The position numbers were made by a program, and so were the translations under genes. Shown one piece after another: positions 55,158-64,000 of a stretch of DNA of 64,000 nt (positions within the stretch are counted from its first letter, which is position 1; each line of letters starts with the position of its first letter). The notes under the pieces are model-generated. The model had not been told where the DNA came from. It worked only from the letters and a program-made list of their open reading frames with translations, and ran no database searches. Origin of the DNA: Candidatus Aminicenantes bacterium (lineage in GTDB: Bacteria; Acidobacteriota; Aminicenantia; Aminicenantales; JAFGBC01); contig OY969696.1 of the NCBI GenBank assembly GCA_963702005.1, positions 608,001 through 672,000 of the forward strand. The letters run 5' to 3'.

Positions 55158-56720
55158 TCAGAGGACGACGGCCCCGGACAAGACGTCCTTGGCGCCGCTG
55201 AGAATGTCAACGGCCTCGATGATGACGAAGTGATCGCCGGCTTGCAGCTTCTGGAGGTTGAGCGAGATGTGGATCTTCTCCTGGACAAGCTCTAAGGTCT
55301 TCATCTCTTCGAAAACCTTAGTCGATTTATCGTCGAAAATCGTGATCTTAACCGCGGCTCGGCCCAGGTCCTTCCCGTTCTTGGAGATCCGGATATAGTT
55401 CCCGATAGTAAAGGCGATGGTCTTGGGCCGGTATTCGAGGCCGGAGATCGCGATGGCCGGAGGCTTAACGCCGACGAATTTCTTCAGGGAGACGACGTCG
55501 ACCCCCTCCCGGCGGACCCGGACCTCGATCGTCCGTTCTTTCTCTCCCCCTTTATCTTGGGGCTGGTAGACAAGCAGATAGTACTTGTCTTCCTTGACGG
55601 CCGCCTCCTTCAGCGTCTCCAGGACCATGTTGGAAAACGCGGTCAGGCCGCCCGTCGACCGGCTGATCCGGCGCAGGACATCTTCATAGTCCCCGTTGAC
55701 GTCCCGGAGTTCCAAATCCTGAGACCAGTTGGACGCCGGTCGAGACAGAGACTTCATGAGGAGGAGGTGGAAGGTGATGTTGGCCTCGGCGAAGAGCGCG
55801 CGGATTTGATCAGCGGGAAGGAGGGTCGTTATGTCGAACGAGCGTTGAAGTTCATCCAGCTGGGTCTGGGCAATTCTGGCCCGGGTTTGAGGAAGGGGCT
55901 CGACCTGGAGGCCGAGAAAGTTCCTGATTTCCGTGTCCAGCCGGCCCTGAGACCTGAGCCTTGGGAAAAGGTCGCGCTGCTGGAAACAGATGGCCCATTT
56001 CTCGCCGTCCCAGCGTTCAAGCTTTCGAATGACGGCCCGGTACAGATCCAGGTTGACGTCCAGGAGTCGCCTCCTGTAATCTCCCCAGGTTCTTTTATAC
56101 TCTTCGCAGAATTGACTGATGGCTTGGAATAAGTCTTGCGTCGGGTAATCGGTCACTTCGTTTCCCGACAGGGCGGCCACCAGATTTTCCGCTCTCCCCT
56201 CCAGAGAATGGAACGACCTCGAGATTTCAAACCCCGAAATCTTCTTATACTTGATTAGGGAGTCCTTGATCCTGGAAACGAGGGCGTCGATGTTCTGACC
56301 CGGTTGGGTGTCGAAAACTTTGTCTTCGACCAAGACGATCATCCGGTCGTTGGGCGTAAAAATGGTTTTAAAAAAGTAATCGATCGCCTCCCCGACTTGA
56401 TCCGTGTAATCGAAGACGTTGAAGATGAGGACAAAGTTTCTGGGCCGGGGCGTCCCGGGGAGCAGTCCGGGGAACGCGACCGCGGCCGGAGCAATCGTCC
56501 TCGAGACGGCCTCGAATCCCGTGATTTCCTGTTTGAGGCCGTTTTCATAGACTTCAAAATCCTCCTTGGTCAGGCCGGCGATAAAGCCTTTGCTGTCAAA
56601 CACCCGGACCGGGACTTCGACCGCGGTGACCACGACCGATTCCCTGGGTTTGTTTTGAGGACTGAGGACACCGACGGAAACAAGGAGGACGATCAATGCC
56701 GACAGGCGAATCTTTTTCAT
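55158..56720 (-). CDS. Secreted VWA-like hypothetical protein
   Basis: Signal peptide; V.V.AVEVPVRV.D..G.FI.GLTKEDFEVYENG..QEI..F; ISRSTGG, YYLLVYQP. Confidence 0.75.
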   Translation of the reverse strand: MKKIRLSALIVLLVSVGVLSPQNKPRESVVVTAVEVPVRVFDSKGFIAGLTKEDFEVYENGLKQEITGFEAVSRTIAPAAVAFPGLLPGTPRPRNFVLIFNVFDYTDQVGEAIDYFFKTIFTPNDRMIVLVEDKVFDTQPGQNIDALVSRIKDSLIKYKKISGFEISRSFHSLEGRAENLVAALSGNEVTDYPTQDLFQAISQFCEEYKRTWGDYRRRLLDVNLDLYRAVIRKLERWDGEKWAICFQQRDLFPRLRSQGRLDTEIRNFLGLQVEPLPQTRARIAQTQLDELQRSFDITTLLPADQIRALFAEANITFHLLLMKSLSRPASNWSQDLELRDVNGDYEDVLRRISRSTGGLTAFSNMVLETLKEAAVKEDKYYLLVYQPQDKGGEKERTIEVRVRREGVDVVSLKKFVGVKPPAIAISGLEYRPKTIAFTIGNYIRISKNGKDLGRAAVKITIFDDKSTKVFEEMKTLELVQEKIHISLNLQKLQAGDHFVIIEAVDILSGAKDVLSGAVVL

Positions 56721-56756
56721 GCGACCCCCTGGGCGTTGCCATCCCTTTCTTCCATC

Positions 56757-56772
56757 TGCATATTTTATGCCA
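56757..56772 (-). promoter_or_regulatory. Possible sigma54 promoter
   Basis: Minus strand TGGCAT-AAAAT-ATGCA upstream of the 56720 start. Confidence 0.45.
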
Positions 56773-56984
56773 GATATGCGCCCTGATGATAATCTTACAA
56801 GGGCGGAACTCTGTCACTGAGTATAGACACCCGTCCACTTTTCATCCTCTCGTGCCGTCTGGCGATTTCTTCCGATGGGCTCCCGCGTCGATTCCATACG
56901 CTCCATTTTATCAAATTAATGAGTCCTTTTATTCTTAAACTACATTGACGCTGCTTATTTGCGAAACTGGCTATCTTTAAGATG

Positions 56985-57013
56985 TTGACTTTTCTATGTT
57001 ACGGCCTTAATCT
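56985..57013 (+). promoter_or_regulatory. Putative sigma70 promoter of the RT locus
   Basis: TTGACT-N17-TAATCT, implying a ~175-nt 5' leader before the RT ATG. Confidence 0.65.
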
Positions 57014-57196
57014 TCAATGGAAAGGGTTGGTTTTGTTTAGTTACTTTGTTTTTCAATCGGATCGTGATGCTTTTGGAGTCTCTAAAAACTCCCATTCAAG
57101 ATCTCCCGATGATTGAAAGGTCATGATTTATAATAAAAATGTCGTTTGCGTGGAAATGAAAGGCATTGACGATAATAGAAACCTAAAAGGAAATAA

Positions 57197-58711
57197 ATGG
57201 GTAGGATACCATTAGATCATTTTAGAGATACTGAAAAGCTAGCTAAAGCGCTAAATAAGCCAGATATCTATGAGTGGCTTGTTACAACTGGCTACTTCCC
57301 AGAGTCATATGTATTGCCTCCATGCTTTCAAGTGATAGACCATCCTGCATATGGGAAGAGATATTTCTCTCATTCAATGAGAAATTTTAAGCCTAAATTA
57401 GCTGAGTATCATCAAGTTAGTTTCCCGAAAACAGAGTTAATTGATAGAACTTTTGCATTGATTGATCCAGAGCTTCATTTGGATATCGCATATGCGATAA
57501 CGAAAAACTGGAATAAAATTATCGATTGTATTTTCCACAAAAACAACAAAGTGTGTTCATACAGTTTTCCTATTCCGCTTAATTCGGCGACTCCAGGGAA
57601 GATCGGAGGCTTACGGAGTGGCCGGATGATCTATGAATATATTGAAATGGCTGAAAACGATATTGCTAAAATAGCATATAATTATAAATACCTAATAAAG
57701 ACAGACATTACCAACTTTTACCCCTCAATTTACACTCACAGTATTTCTTGGGCTATACATGGGAAGGCTACTATACGTAAACTCTCCAACCGATATAATT
57801 ACTCATATATTGGAAACCGCCTGGATAAATTGTTCCAAAACTCTAATGATGGGTGCACCATTGGAATCCCGATTGGTCCCGCAGTTTCAGATCTAATAGC
57901 AGAAGTAATATTAGCCGGAGTAGATAGACAATTATCAAAATTAATTGATGATGATGCAGTCGTTGTTAGATTCAAAGACGACTATCGTATTCTCGTAAAA
58001 AGTGAATCTAAAGGCAAGGATTTAATTAAATCCCTCCAGGCTAATCTAAAAGAGTTTAAGCTTGATCTTAACAACGAAAAAACAAAGTACTATGAGTTGC
58101 CAGATGGGTTGTTTCGTAATTGGGTATCTCAGTATCATGCTGCGAATCCGAGACCGAAAGCCTATTATAGTTTCAGAAGATTTAAAGAAGTCTATTTATC
58201 AGTAATAAACATAGACAGACAGAATCCATCTACTGGTGTGATAGACAGGTTTCTAGCGGACATAGTGACAAAAGAATACCTGCTTCGTTTTAATTTGAAC
58301 TCGAGGACTTTGCCTAAAATTATTAGTCTCCTTCTGATGTTGGCTGACTTAAGAATCAAAGCATTTCCAAAAGTGTTAGCAATTATTGAATCTATACTAA
58401 AGTCACCTTTTGGTAAAGCGCATTCTGATAATATCGTTAGATACCTCGATAATTTACTGCAAACACTTTCCGAGCATGAATTGAATAATAGATACCTTAT
58501 CAGTTGGATATGTTATTTCTTTAAGGCCAATAAATTAGATAAGAAAATGGCCCACAAGTATAAGTTCAAAGATCCTATCATCCGTTCTATTTACACCAGT
58601 CGCTCAGCAATTTTCAAAGATAGTATTGATTTTAAGCTCTTTTTGGGGGCTAAATCAGTGGCGAAAAAAGTAAATTTATTGGCACATCTCGATGCATTTA
58701 AGCCGCAATAG
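57197..58711 (+). CDS. Reverse transcriptase of the Abi/UG (defence-associated) class, FKDD active site
   Basis: GYFPE..LPPCF N-terminus; KTDITNFYPSIYTHSISWA; GIPIGP..SDLIAE; RFKDDYRI; L.LN.EKT; ~200-aa probably helical C-terminus; AT-rich DNA; AAGGA RBS. Confidence 0.9.
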   Translation: MGRIPLDHFRDTEKLAKALNKPDIYEWLVTTGYFPESYVLPPCFQVIDHPAYGKRYFSHSMRNFKPKLAEYHQVSFPKTELIDRTFALIDPELHLDIAYAITKNWNKIIDCIFHKNNKVCSYSFPIPLNSATPGKIGGLRSGRMIYEYIEMAENDIAKIAYNYKYLIKTDITNFYPSIYTHSISWAIHGKATIRKLSNRYNYSYIGNRLDKLFQNSNDGCTIGIPIGPAVSDLIAEVILAGVDRQLSKLIDDDAVVVRFKDDYRILVKSESKGKDLIKSLQANLKEFKLDLNNEKTKYYELPDGLFRNWVSQYHAANPRPKAYYSFRRFKEVYLSVINIDRQNPSTGVIDRFLADIVTKEYLLRFNLNSRTLPKIISLLLMLADLRIKAFPKVLAIIESILKSPFGKAHSDNIVRYLDNLLQTLSEHELNNRYLISWICYFFKANKLDKKMAHKYKFKDPIIRSIYTSRSAIFKDSIDFKLFLGAKSVAKKVNLLAHLDAFKPQ

Positions 58712-58765
58712 GGTGTTTATCAAATTCATAGGCTCGGGAAACAGAAGGCGTCGCTATTTATTAGC

Positions 58766-60202
58766 TGGCAGCCGTAAGGACATCGATAAGCGTTTCTTAA
58801 TGAGTGAAACCGTAAGGACATCGATAACTGATCGGCCTTCAAGCGATCGGATCGACGACTTTACCGACGAACGGAAAAGGAAACGTCTTGATAACCTTCC
58901 CCTCGTACTTGACGAAGACTCTGCGATGGTACGTCGAGAGTGTGGCCACGACGTACTGTCGTTCCAGTCTACGGAGGATGAAATACGCGGCGCCGTTGAA
59001 TTCGATGCAACCGTGGGCATCCACCTTGCGGACGAACGAGACGCAGCCCTTGGCGATCGGCAGATCGAGGTGTCCCCGGGAATCGAGATGCTGATCGAGA
59101 TTGAAGGCGGATGGGAGATGACGAAGTGCGGACCAGAGCCGGTCGCGGAGTTGGCCGGGAAAGCGGGTGCCGTGATCGGTTGCCCGGAGGCTTCGATTCG
59201 GCTTCTCGAAGTGGTAGTAGCGGAGGAATCGTTCGCTCGTGCGGCGCAAGGACCGAAGATCCGGACAGGGATGACGGAGCACCCGCGCCTGCCAGACCGC
59301 ATTGAAGCTTTCGATAGCGGCGTTGCGGCCGGGTTCTTTCGGGGGAATGAAGCGAAGCTGGATGCCCAACAAAAGATGGAGCCGGATGAGCTGAGAGAGA
59401 CTGTAGCGATACCGTCCCCCTCCCGTCGCGGCCATCTCGTTGTCCATCTGGGAGATTCGGGGAAGCCCCATAACTTGCCAGGAATCAACCAGATGACGGC
59501 AGAGCGAGATCGTTCTCTTGTCGCGGACCTGGCTGGCCGCAGTGGTCTGTCCGGCGGCGTCGATGGTGTGGATGGAGTAGAAGCGGGTGACTCCCGCAGG
59601 ACCGCGGAGATGACGGGGCCCGACCAGGTCGGTTTGCTGAAGGTCGCCCATCTTACGGGCCGGGACGTAGGGATAGGGAGGCCCGTTGGAGGAGCGTTTG
59701 GCCTTGGCCTTTTTCGTTCGTCCGGCGCGGGCCAGGATCTTCTCGATGGTCGAGATGGCGGGAAGCTGGCGGACGCCCCGTCGCTGAAGCTCGAAATGGA
59801 TCGTTTCGGCGCCGATGCCGGCAAAAGCGGCGCGACGGGTCTTGTGGGCCGCCAGTTCGTCGCGCAGGACCAGGATTTTCCGGACCAAGGGCTCCCGCGT
59901 TTGATGGGGGATATGTCTCGGTACCCGACTTTGGTCGCGAAGCCCATCAAGCCCGAATTTTCGATGGCGATTGAGCCATTTGGAGAGCCAAAAGCCGCTC
60001 CGATGGACGGTGCGGAGGATTTCGTTAAACCCAATCCCATCATAGTAATTTTCAATGGCTTTCTTCCGAGTCTCATATTCGCTCTTGATGCTCACCGCAA
60101 AGATCTCCTTCCCACTGGAATGGGAAAGAGTTTAAGCGATGAGCAAATCGCTTATCGATGTCCTTACGGTTATTCACTTAGCGATGTCCTTACGGGAACC
60201 CA
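58766..60202 (-). mobile_element. IS481-like insertion sequence, copy 2, target duplication TTAGC
   Basis: TTAGC at 58761-58765 and 60203-60207; matches copy 1 at offset 5958, terminal base differs. Confidence 0.9.
58839..60095 (-). CDS. IS481-like DDE transposase (same protein as copy 1)
   Basis: Same 418-aa translation as 52881-54137. Confidence 0.9.
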   Translation of the reverse strand: MSIKSEYETRKKAIENYYDGIGFNEILRTVHRSGFWLSKWLNRHRKFGLDGLRDQSRVPRHIPHQTREPLVRKILVLRDELAAHKTRRAAFAGIGAETIHFELQRRGVRQLPAISTIEKILARAGRTKKAKAKRSSNGPPYPYVPARKMGDLQQTDLVGPRHLRGPAGVTRFYSIHTIDAAGQTTAASQVRDKRTISLCRHLVDSWQVMGLPRISQMDNEMAATGGGRYRYSLSQLIRLHLLLGIQLRFIPPKEPGRNAAIESFNAVWQARVLRHPCPDLRSLRRTSERFLRYYHFEKPNRSLRATDHGTRFPGQLRDRLWSALRHLPSAFNLDQHLDSRGHLDLPIAKGCVSFVRKVDAHGCIEFNGAAYFILRRLERQYVVATLSTYHRRVFVKYEGKVIKTFPFPFVGKVVDPIA

Positions 60203-60277
60203 TTAGCTCTATTTCTTGAGTACGTTTATGAATTCTGCTTGCGCTACCCTGTTTATGTCCTTACTTAATAAGAGAGG

Positions 60278-61231
60278 ATGAAAATGCAAGAAAGTCATTC
60301 AAAATATTCATCGATCGATCTATGTATTCCTATATACCTCAATTCAAACATAGTACTTGATCTCTTGGCCATATTCGAGGACGGTTTCTCAAATGTCACA
60401 GAAATTAAAACGTCGATAACAGATGTAAAAGAGAAGAGAAGCGGACTTGAGGCTAAGGTCGGGGCTACCAACTTATTTGCTCTACTTGGAATTTCAGGTG
60501 GTGGGAATCTGAGTACCAGAAGCGCAGATAGTGGAGGGCTTACGGCGAGGACTGAGAAGATCCATACGCCAACTTCATTATTCAACAAATTGAGATCATT
60601 GTTAATTCAGGGCGGTTTGCTTAAAACTCTTGCCGAAAATGGTTCGAACCTATCAAGCATTAAAAGTGGAGACTTTTTGGAAACTAATACGATTCTCAAT
60701 AAAAACCCGATAATAGACACGTTCCAAGGATTATTGCAGTTCATGACATTCTCTTTGCCATTTTTAGATGATAACAAGGCCAATAATTCTGATATCGGTG
60801 GGAGGAAATCTTTAAAACAATCCCTCCAACCTAAAATTGATAACCAAAAAATAATCACTCAGATGAAAGGATTAGTAGAAGCTCTTTCAAGCGGAGCCAC
60901 CATTGATCTTATTGGGAAAACCGTTCCATTATCAGATACGACATTGGTACTTTCTTCACAAATTAGATTCTTCTTAAATGAATCCTATGATGAAATTCTT
61001 GATGGAGAATACAGAGTGCTTGCTAAAGTTGTGAGGACAATGCTAAGAGATACGTCGGAATCCATAAACTTACTTCGAAAAACAACCTTTAGTAGAATTC
61101 AAGATAGCCTATTTCATAAGATGATGTCAGGTCTCAATGAAATTGAACAAAAGGGATTGAAACCAGTTCAGCTAGTGACTGAGATAAATGGACCCGCTAT
61201 TCATCTGCTGCCCATTGCTATATATGTATGA
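60278..61231 (+). CDS. DUF6414-like hypothetical protein in the AT-rich island
   Basis: IPIYLN..IVLDLLAIFEDGFS, EKIHTPTSLF.KLR, DGEY.VL.KV, INLLRKT, C-terminal PIAIYV; GAGG RBS; family recognised from memory. Confidence 0.65.
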   Translation: MKMQESHSKYSSIDLCIPIYLNSNIVLDLLAIFEDGFSNVTEIKTSITDVKEKRSGLEAKVGATNLFALLGISGGGNLSTRSADSGGLTARTEKIHTPTSLFNKLRSLLIQGGLLKTLAENGSNLSSIKSGDFLETNTILNKNPIIDTFQGLLQFMTFSLPFLDDNKANNSDIGGRKSLKQSLQPKIDNQKIITQMKGLVEALSSGATIDLIGKTVPLSDTTLVLSSQIRFFLNESYDEILDGEYRVLAKVVRTMLRDTSESINLLRKTTFSRIQDSLFHKMMSGLNEIEQKGLKPVQLVTEINGPAIHLLPIAIYV

Positions 61232-61287
61232 TCCAAGGTGCAAACATATTTATCTTAGATTATCGGTGCAGCTGGGCGGTGAAGGTT

Positions 61288-62079
61288 CTATCGCTTCCGG
61301 AGGCGGGTTAAAATGACCGGGCGGCCGTTGCCCTCAAGAATTTCGGCATCGACGCCGTAGGTCGTTTTAATGTTGGCAGCGTTAAGGGTATCCCGAACGG
61401 AACCGGCGGCTACGACTTTTCCTTTACGGAGAAGAACGATGGAATCGGCCGAGGCCGAAGCGACATTGGGATCGTGGGTGGTGAAGACGATGGTCTTTCC
61501 TTTGTCCCGAAGGGATTCGATCGTCCAGCATATCCTCTGAGTGTTGGCCAAATCGAGGTGGGACATGGGCTCGTCGAGGAGGAAGATCAGCGGATCCTGT
61601 GCTAGTACCCGGGCCAGCGAGGCGAGTTGTTTCTCTCCAGCACTAAGCGTCGGAAGCGCCCGGCTCCGGAGCTTCCGGATTCCCGCGGCTTCCATGGCCG
61701 CCTCGGCGGCGCGCCTGTCCTCGGCGCCCGGCGTCTCCAGAAATCCGAGATAGGGCGCGCGTCCAAGAAGGACATACTCTAGGACGCTGAGCTCGAACCC
61801 GGCCGGCTCCTCCTGTGGGACGAAGCCGATGACGCGGCTCATCTCGCGCCTGGAGAGGTCTGTTCCGGCCCGGCCGTCGAGCTCGATCCGGCCAACCCTC
61901 GGTCGGAGCCAACCTAGAATCAGATTGAGGAGTGTCGTCTTTCCAGACCCGTTGGGGCCGAGCAGGGCGCAGATGGTCCCGGCGCCGATGTCGAGCGAGA
62001 GGTCGCGGAGGACCTCGGGCCCGGACTCCGAATAGGCGAAGGACAAATCCCGGATCGAGATCATAGCTCCGCCGCTCAT
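61288..62079 (-). CDS. Iron-siderophore/cobalamin ABC transporter ATP-binding protein
   Basis: GPNGSGKT, LSAGEKQ, LLDEP.SHLD, TTHD. Confidence 0.9.
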   Translation of the reverse strand: MSGGAMISIRDLSFAYSESGPEVLRDLSLDIGAGTICALLGPNGSGKTTLLNLILGWLRPRVGRIELDGRAGTDLSRREMSRVIGFVPQEEPAGFELSVLEYVLLGRAPYLGFLETPGAEDRRAAEAAMEAAGIRKLRSRALPTLSAGEKQLASLARVLAQDPLIFLLDEPMSHLDLANTQRICWTIESLRDKGKTIVFTTHDPNVASASADSIVLLRKGKVVAAGSVRDTLNAANIKTTYGVDAEILEGNGRPVILTRLRKR

Positions 62080-63086
62080 GACTTGAGCCTCAGCTTGCGC
62101 GCCGAGAGAAGCGCGATGAAGACGGCCGTCCCGAAGAACGAGGTCAGGATGCCGAGCGGGATCTCGCCGGACAGGGCGGCCCGGGCCAGGTCGTCGCAGA
62201 CGAGGACGAATATCCCCCCGATGAGCATCGAGGCCGGGAGCATCCTTTGGGCGTCCGATCCGACCAGCCGCCGGGCGATGTGGGGGACGATGAGGCCGAC
62301 CCAACTCACTTGGCCGGCTTTGGAGACGAGGACGGCCGTCGCGGCGACGGCTGCCGCCAGCAGGACGAGCCGTTCGCGACCCGGCGCCAGGCCCAGCGAA
62401 AAAGCCGTCTCGTCTCGCATCGAAAGAAGGTTCAAGCGCCAGCGCATAAGAATCATGATCGCGAGCGCCAGCGCCGCGACCGGGAGAACCTGCCAGAGGT
62501 CGGGCCAGGTGACGGACCACAGCCCGCCCAGCATCCAGAAGGTGATGTCGGGGAGTTGTTTGTGGGGATCGGCCAGGTACTTAAGGACGCCGGTGCCCGC
62601 CGAGTAGAGAGCGGCGATCGAGATTCCGGCCAGGACGAGGCGGAAAACCCAGTCCCCCCAACGGATGCGCCGGGCGATGAAATAGCTTGCGGCCAGGCCG
62701 AGGAAGGCGAATGCGGCAGCAGATGCTTGGACACCCAGGGCCGTCCCGCCAAAGTAGACGAATCCCAACGCCGCTCCGAAGGCGGCGCCCTGCGAGACGC
62801 CCAGGAAGCCCGAATCGACCAAGGGATTCCGGAAGATCATCTGAAAGACGGCTCCCGCGGCCGAGAGCACGGCGCCGAGGAGAAAAGCCATCAGGATCCG
62901 GGGCAGCCGGAGATGAACGACCAGGCTCCGGGCCAGCTCGTTATCGGTCAGGGCCGAGAGGGGAGTCAGGAAGGGCTTGGGATAGCGGCCGATGAGAGCA
63001 GAAAGGATGAGACAGACGAGGACGGCCGCGGCGATCGTCCACAGGCGCCGGCCGGTGCGCTTTTCGTTTATGCTCTCTCCGTCCAT
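62076..63086 (-). CDS. FecCD/BtuC family ABC permease
   Basis: RLPRI, FQ.IFRNPLVD, GVSQGA, FWMLG, WVGLIVPHIAR, EIPLGILT. Confidence 0.92.
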   Translation of the reverse strand: MDGESINEKRTGRRLWTIAAAVLVCLILSALIGRYPKPFLTPLSALTDNELARSLVVHLRLPRILMAFLLGAVLSAAGAVFQMIFRNPLVDSGFLGVSQGAAFGAALGFVYFGGTALGVQASAAAFAFLGLAASYFIARRIRWGDWVFRLVLAGISIAALYSAGTGVLKYLADPHKQLPDITFWMLGGLWSVTWPDLWQVLPVAALALAIMILMRWRLNLLSMRDETAFSLGLAPGRERLVLLAAAVAATAVLVSKAGQVSWVGLIVPHIARRLVGSDAQRMLPASMLIGGIFVLVCDDLARAALSGEIPLGILTSFFGTAVFIALLSARKLRLKS

Positions 63087-63090
63087 GTCC

Positions 63091-64000
63091 TCAGCGGAAA
63101 TCGGTCTTGACCATCGGAAGGATTTTTGTCTTGATCGTATCGCGGCTAAGGCCGTAGAGCCCTTCGTAGAAACGATAAACCTCATCCTCGATGCTGTAAT
63201 CCTTGAGCCGGTCGGGATGAAGGGTCGCCGCCATCCAGGTCAGGCCCAGGATCCAGCGGACGTCGGGGACGTCCCAGCCGTAGAAGTCTTGGGGGAAGTA
63301 GATGACCTTGCCCTCCTTGACCGCGCGGATGTTCTTCCACTGAGGGTCGGCGGAGAGCCAGTTCATGAAGTCCGTGGCGCTCGTCGAGTACCAAACGATG
63401 ATGATCAGGCGGTCGGGGTCCCAGGCCGCGATCTGCTCGAGGTTGACGACGGCCCAGCCGCCCGCCTGCTCGGCGGCGCTGAGCCAGACCGGGCGGCCGC
63501 CGCCGGCCTCGACCTGGTAGGTCTGCATCCAGGCGCGGGCCGGGACGCGGACGGCGTACTTGCCGCTCCGGATATTTCCCATGACCACGAGGACGGAGGG
63601 TTTCTCCTCGTCGCGGAGGCCGGAGAGGGCCTTTTCGACGCGGGCGACATCCTGCTTGTAGAAGGCGATGATCTGGTCGGCGCGCTTCGGATTTCCCAGG
63701 ATTGCGCCCAGGTTAGCGATGTCCCGGTAATACTCGTCGGGGGTCTCAAGGCTCAGGAAGGCCGCCTGGATTCCGACCTTGAATAGGGCCTCGGCGAGCG
63801 GTTCGGGGTGGGAGCCCTTCATCAGCACGAGGTCCGGGTGGAGGGTCGCGATGGATTCGGGGCCGGGGTTGGGGAGGAGCGGGATCTTCTTGTCGATGTC
63901 GGGCGCGACCGCGGACAGGAAGTCGCTGGAGGTGCGGCCGCGCTGTTCCATGCCGACCAAGCGGCCGGGCCCTTCAGGGAACATGTAAAGGAGGTGAAGG
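63091..64000 (-). CDS. ABC transporter substrate-binding protein (Fe/B12 type), 5' end beyond the window
   Basis: E.IATLHPDLV, VNLEQIAAWDPD, WKNIRAVKEGKV, WMAATLHPD. Confidence 0.88.
   Translation of the reverse strand, partial: LHLLYMFPEGPGRLVGMEQRGRTSSDFLSAVAPDIDKKIPLLPNPGPESIATLHPDLVLMKGSHPEPLAEALFKVGIQAAFLSLETPDEYYRDIANLGAILGNPKRADQIIAFYKQDVARVEKALSGLRDEEKPSVLVVMGNIRSGKYAVRVPARAWMQTYQVEAGGGRPVWLSAAEQAGGWAVVNLEQIAAWDPDRLIIIVWYSTSATDFMNWLSADPQWKNIRAVKEGKVIYFPQDFYGWDVPDVRWILGLTWMAATLHPDRLKDYSIEDEVYRFYEGLYGLSRDTIKTKILPMVKTDFR

Noticed and set aside
57020-58711. Retron or group II intron
   Set aside because: No VTG or NAxxH retron motifs, no PQG/YADD, no maturase or endonuclease domain, and no clear a1/a2 repeats or intron domain V
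52808-60202. Composite transposon formed by the two IS481-like copies carrying arsR, the VWA-like gene and the RT
   Set aside because: Each copy has its own distinct TSD (CTAGT and TTAGC) and the outer flanks do not match, so they inserted independently

Overview
GC-rich bacterial chromosome segment. Gene style (kinase-TPR protein, 6-bladed propellers, VWA-like secreted proteins, many peptidases) suggests an Aminicenantia/Acidobacteriota-like anaerobe; this is inference only. Most of it is housekeeping and peptide or sugar metabolism: SSS symporter, M20/S10/M16/S28 peptidases, mntP, DAK2-DegV, asnA, hrpA, mgtA and an Fe/B12-type ABC transporter. It also carries two PIN-type toxin-antitoxin pairs, one ISNCY-type IS and two near-identical IS481-like copies, each with its own target duplication. 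Highlights: (1) an AT-rich island (~56.9-61.3 kb) with an Abi/UG-class reverse transcriptase (atypical FKDD motif), a long structured 5' leader, a downstream hairpin split by an IS, and a DUF6414-like partner gene, together a candidate undescribed DRT-type antiphage system; (2) an acpS-acs-ACP-kbl-gatE-gatD operon with the normally archaeal GatDE amidotransferase (gatD carries a +1 frameshift); (3) a TGAC-anchored mosaic palindromic mini-element, inserted in frame (108 bp) in an LpxR-like gene and supplying -35 boxes elsewhere; (4) relics of an old segmental duplication and several candidate structured RNAs. No CRISPR array, rRNA or tRNA was recognised.
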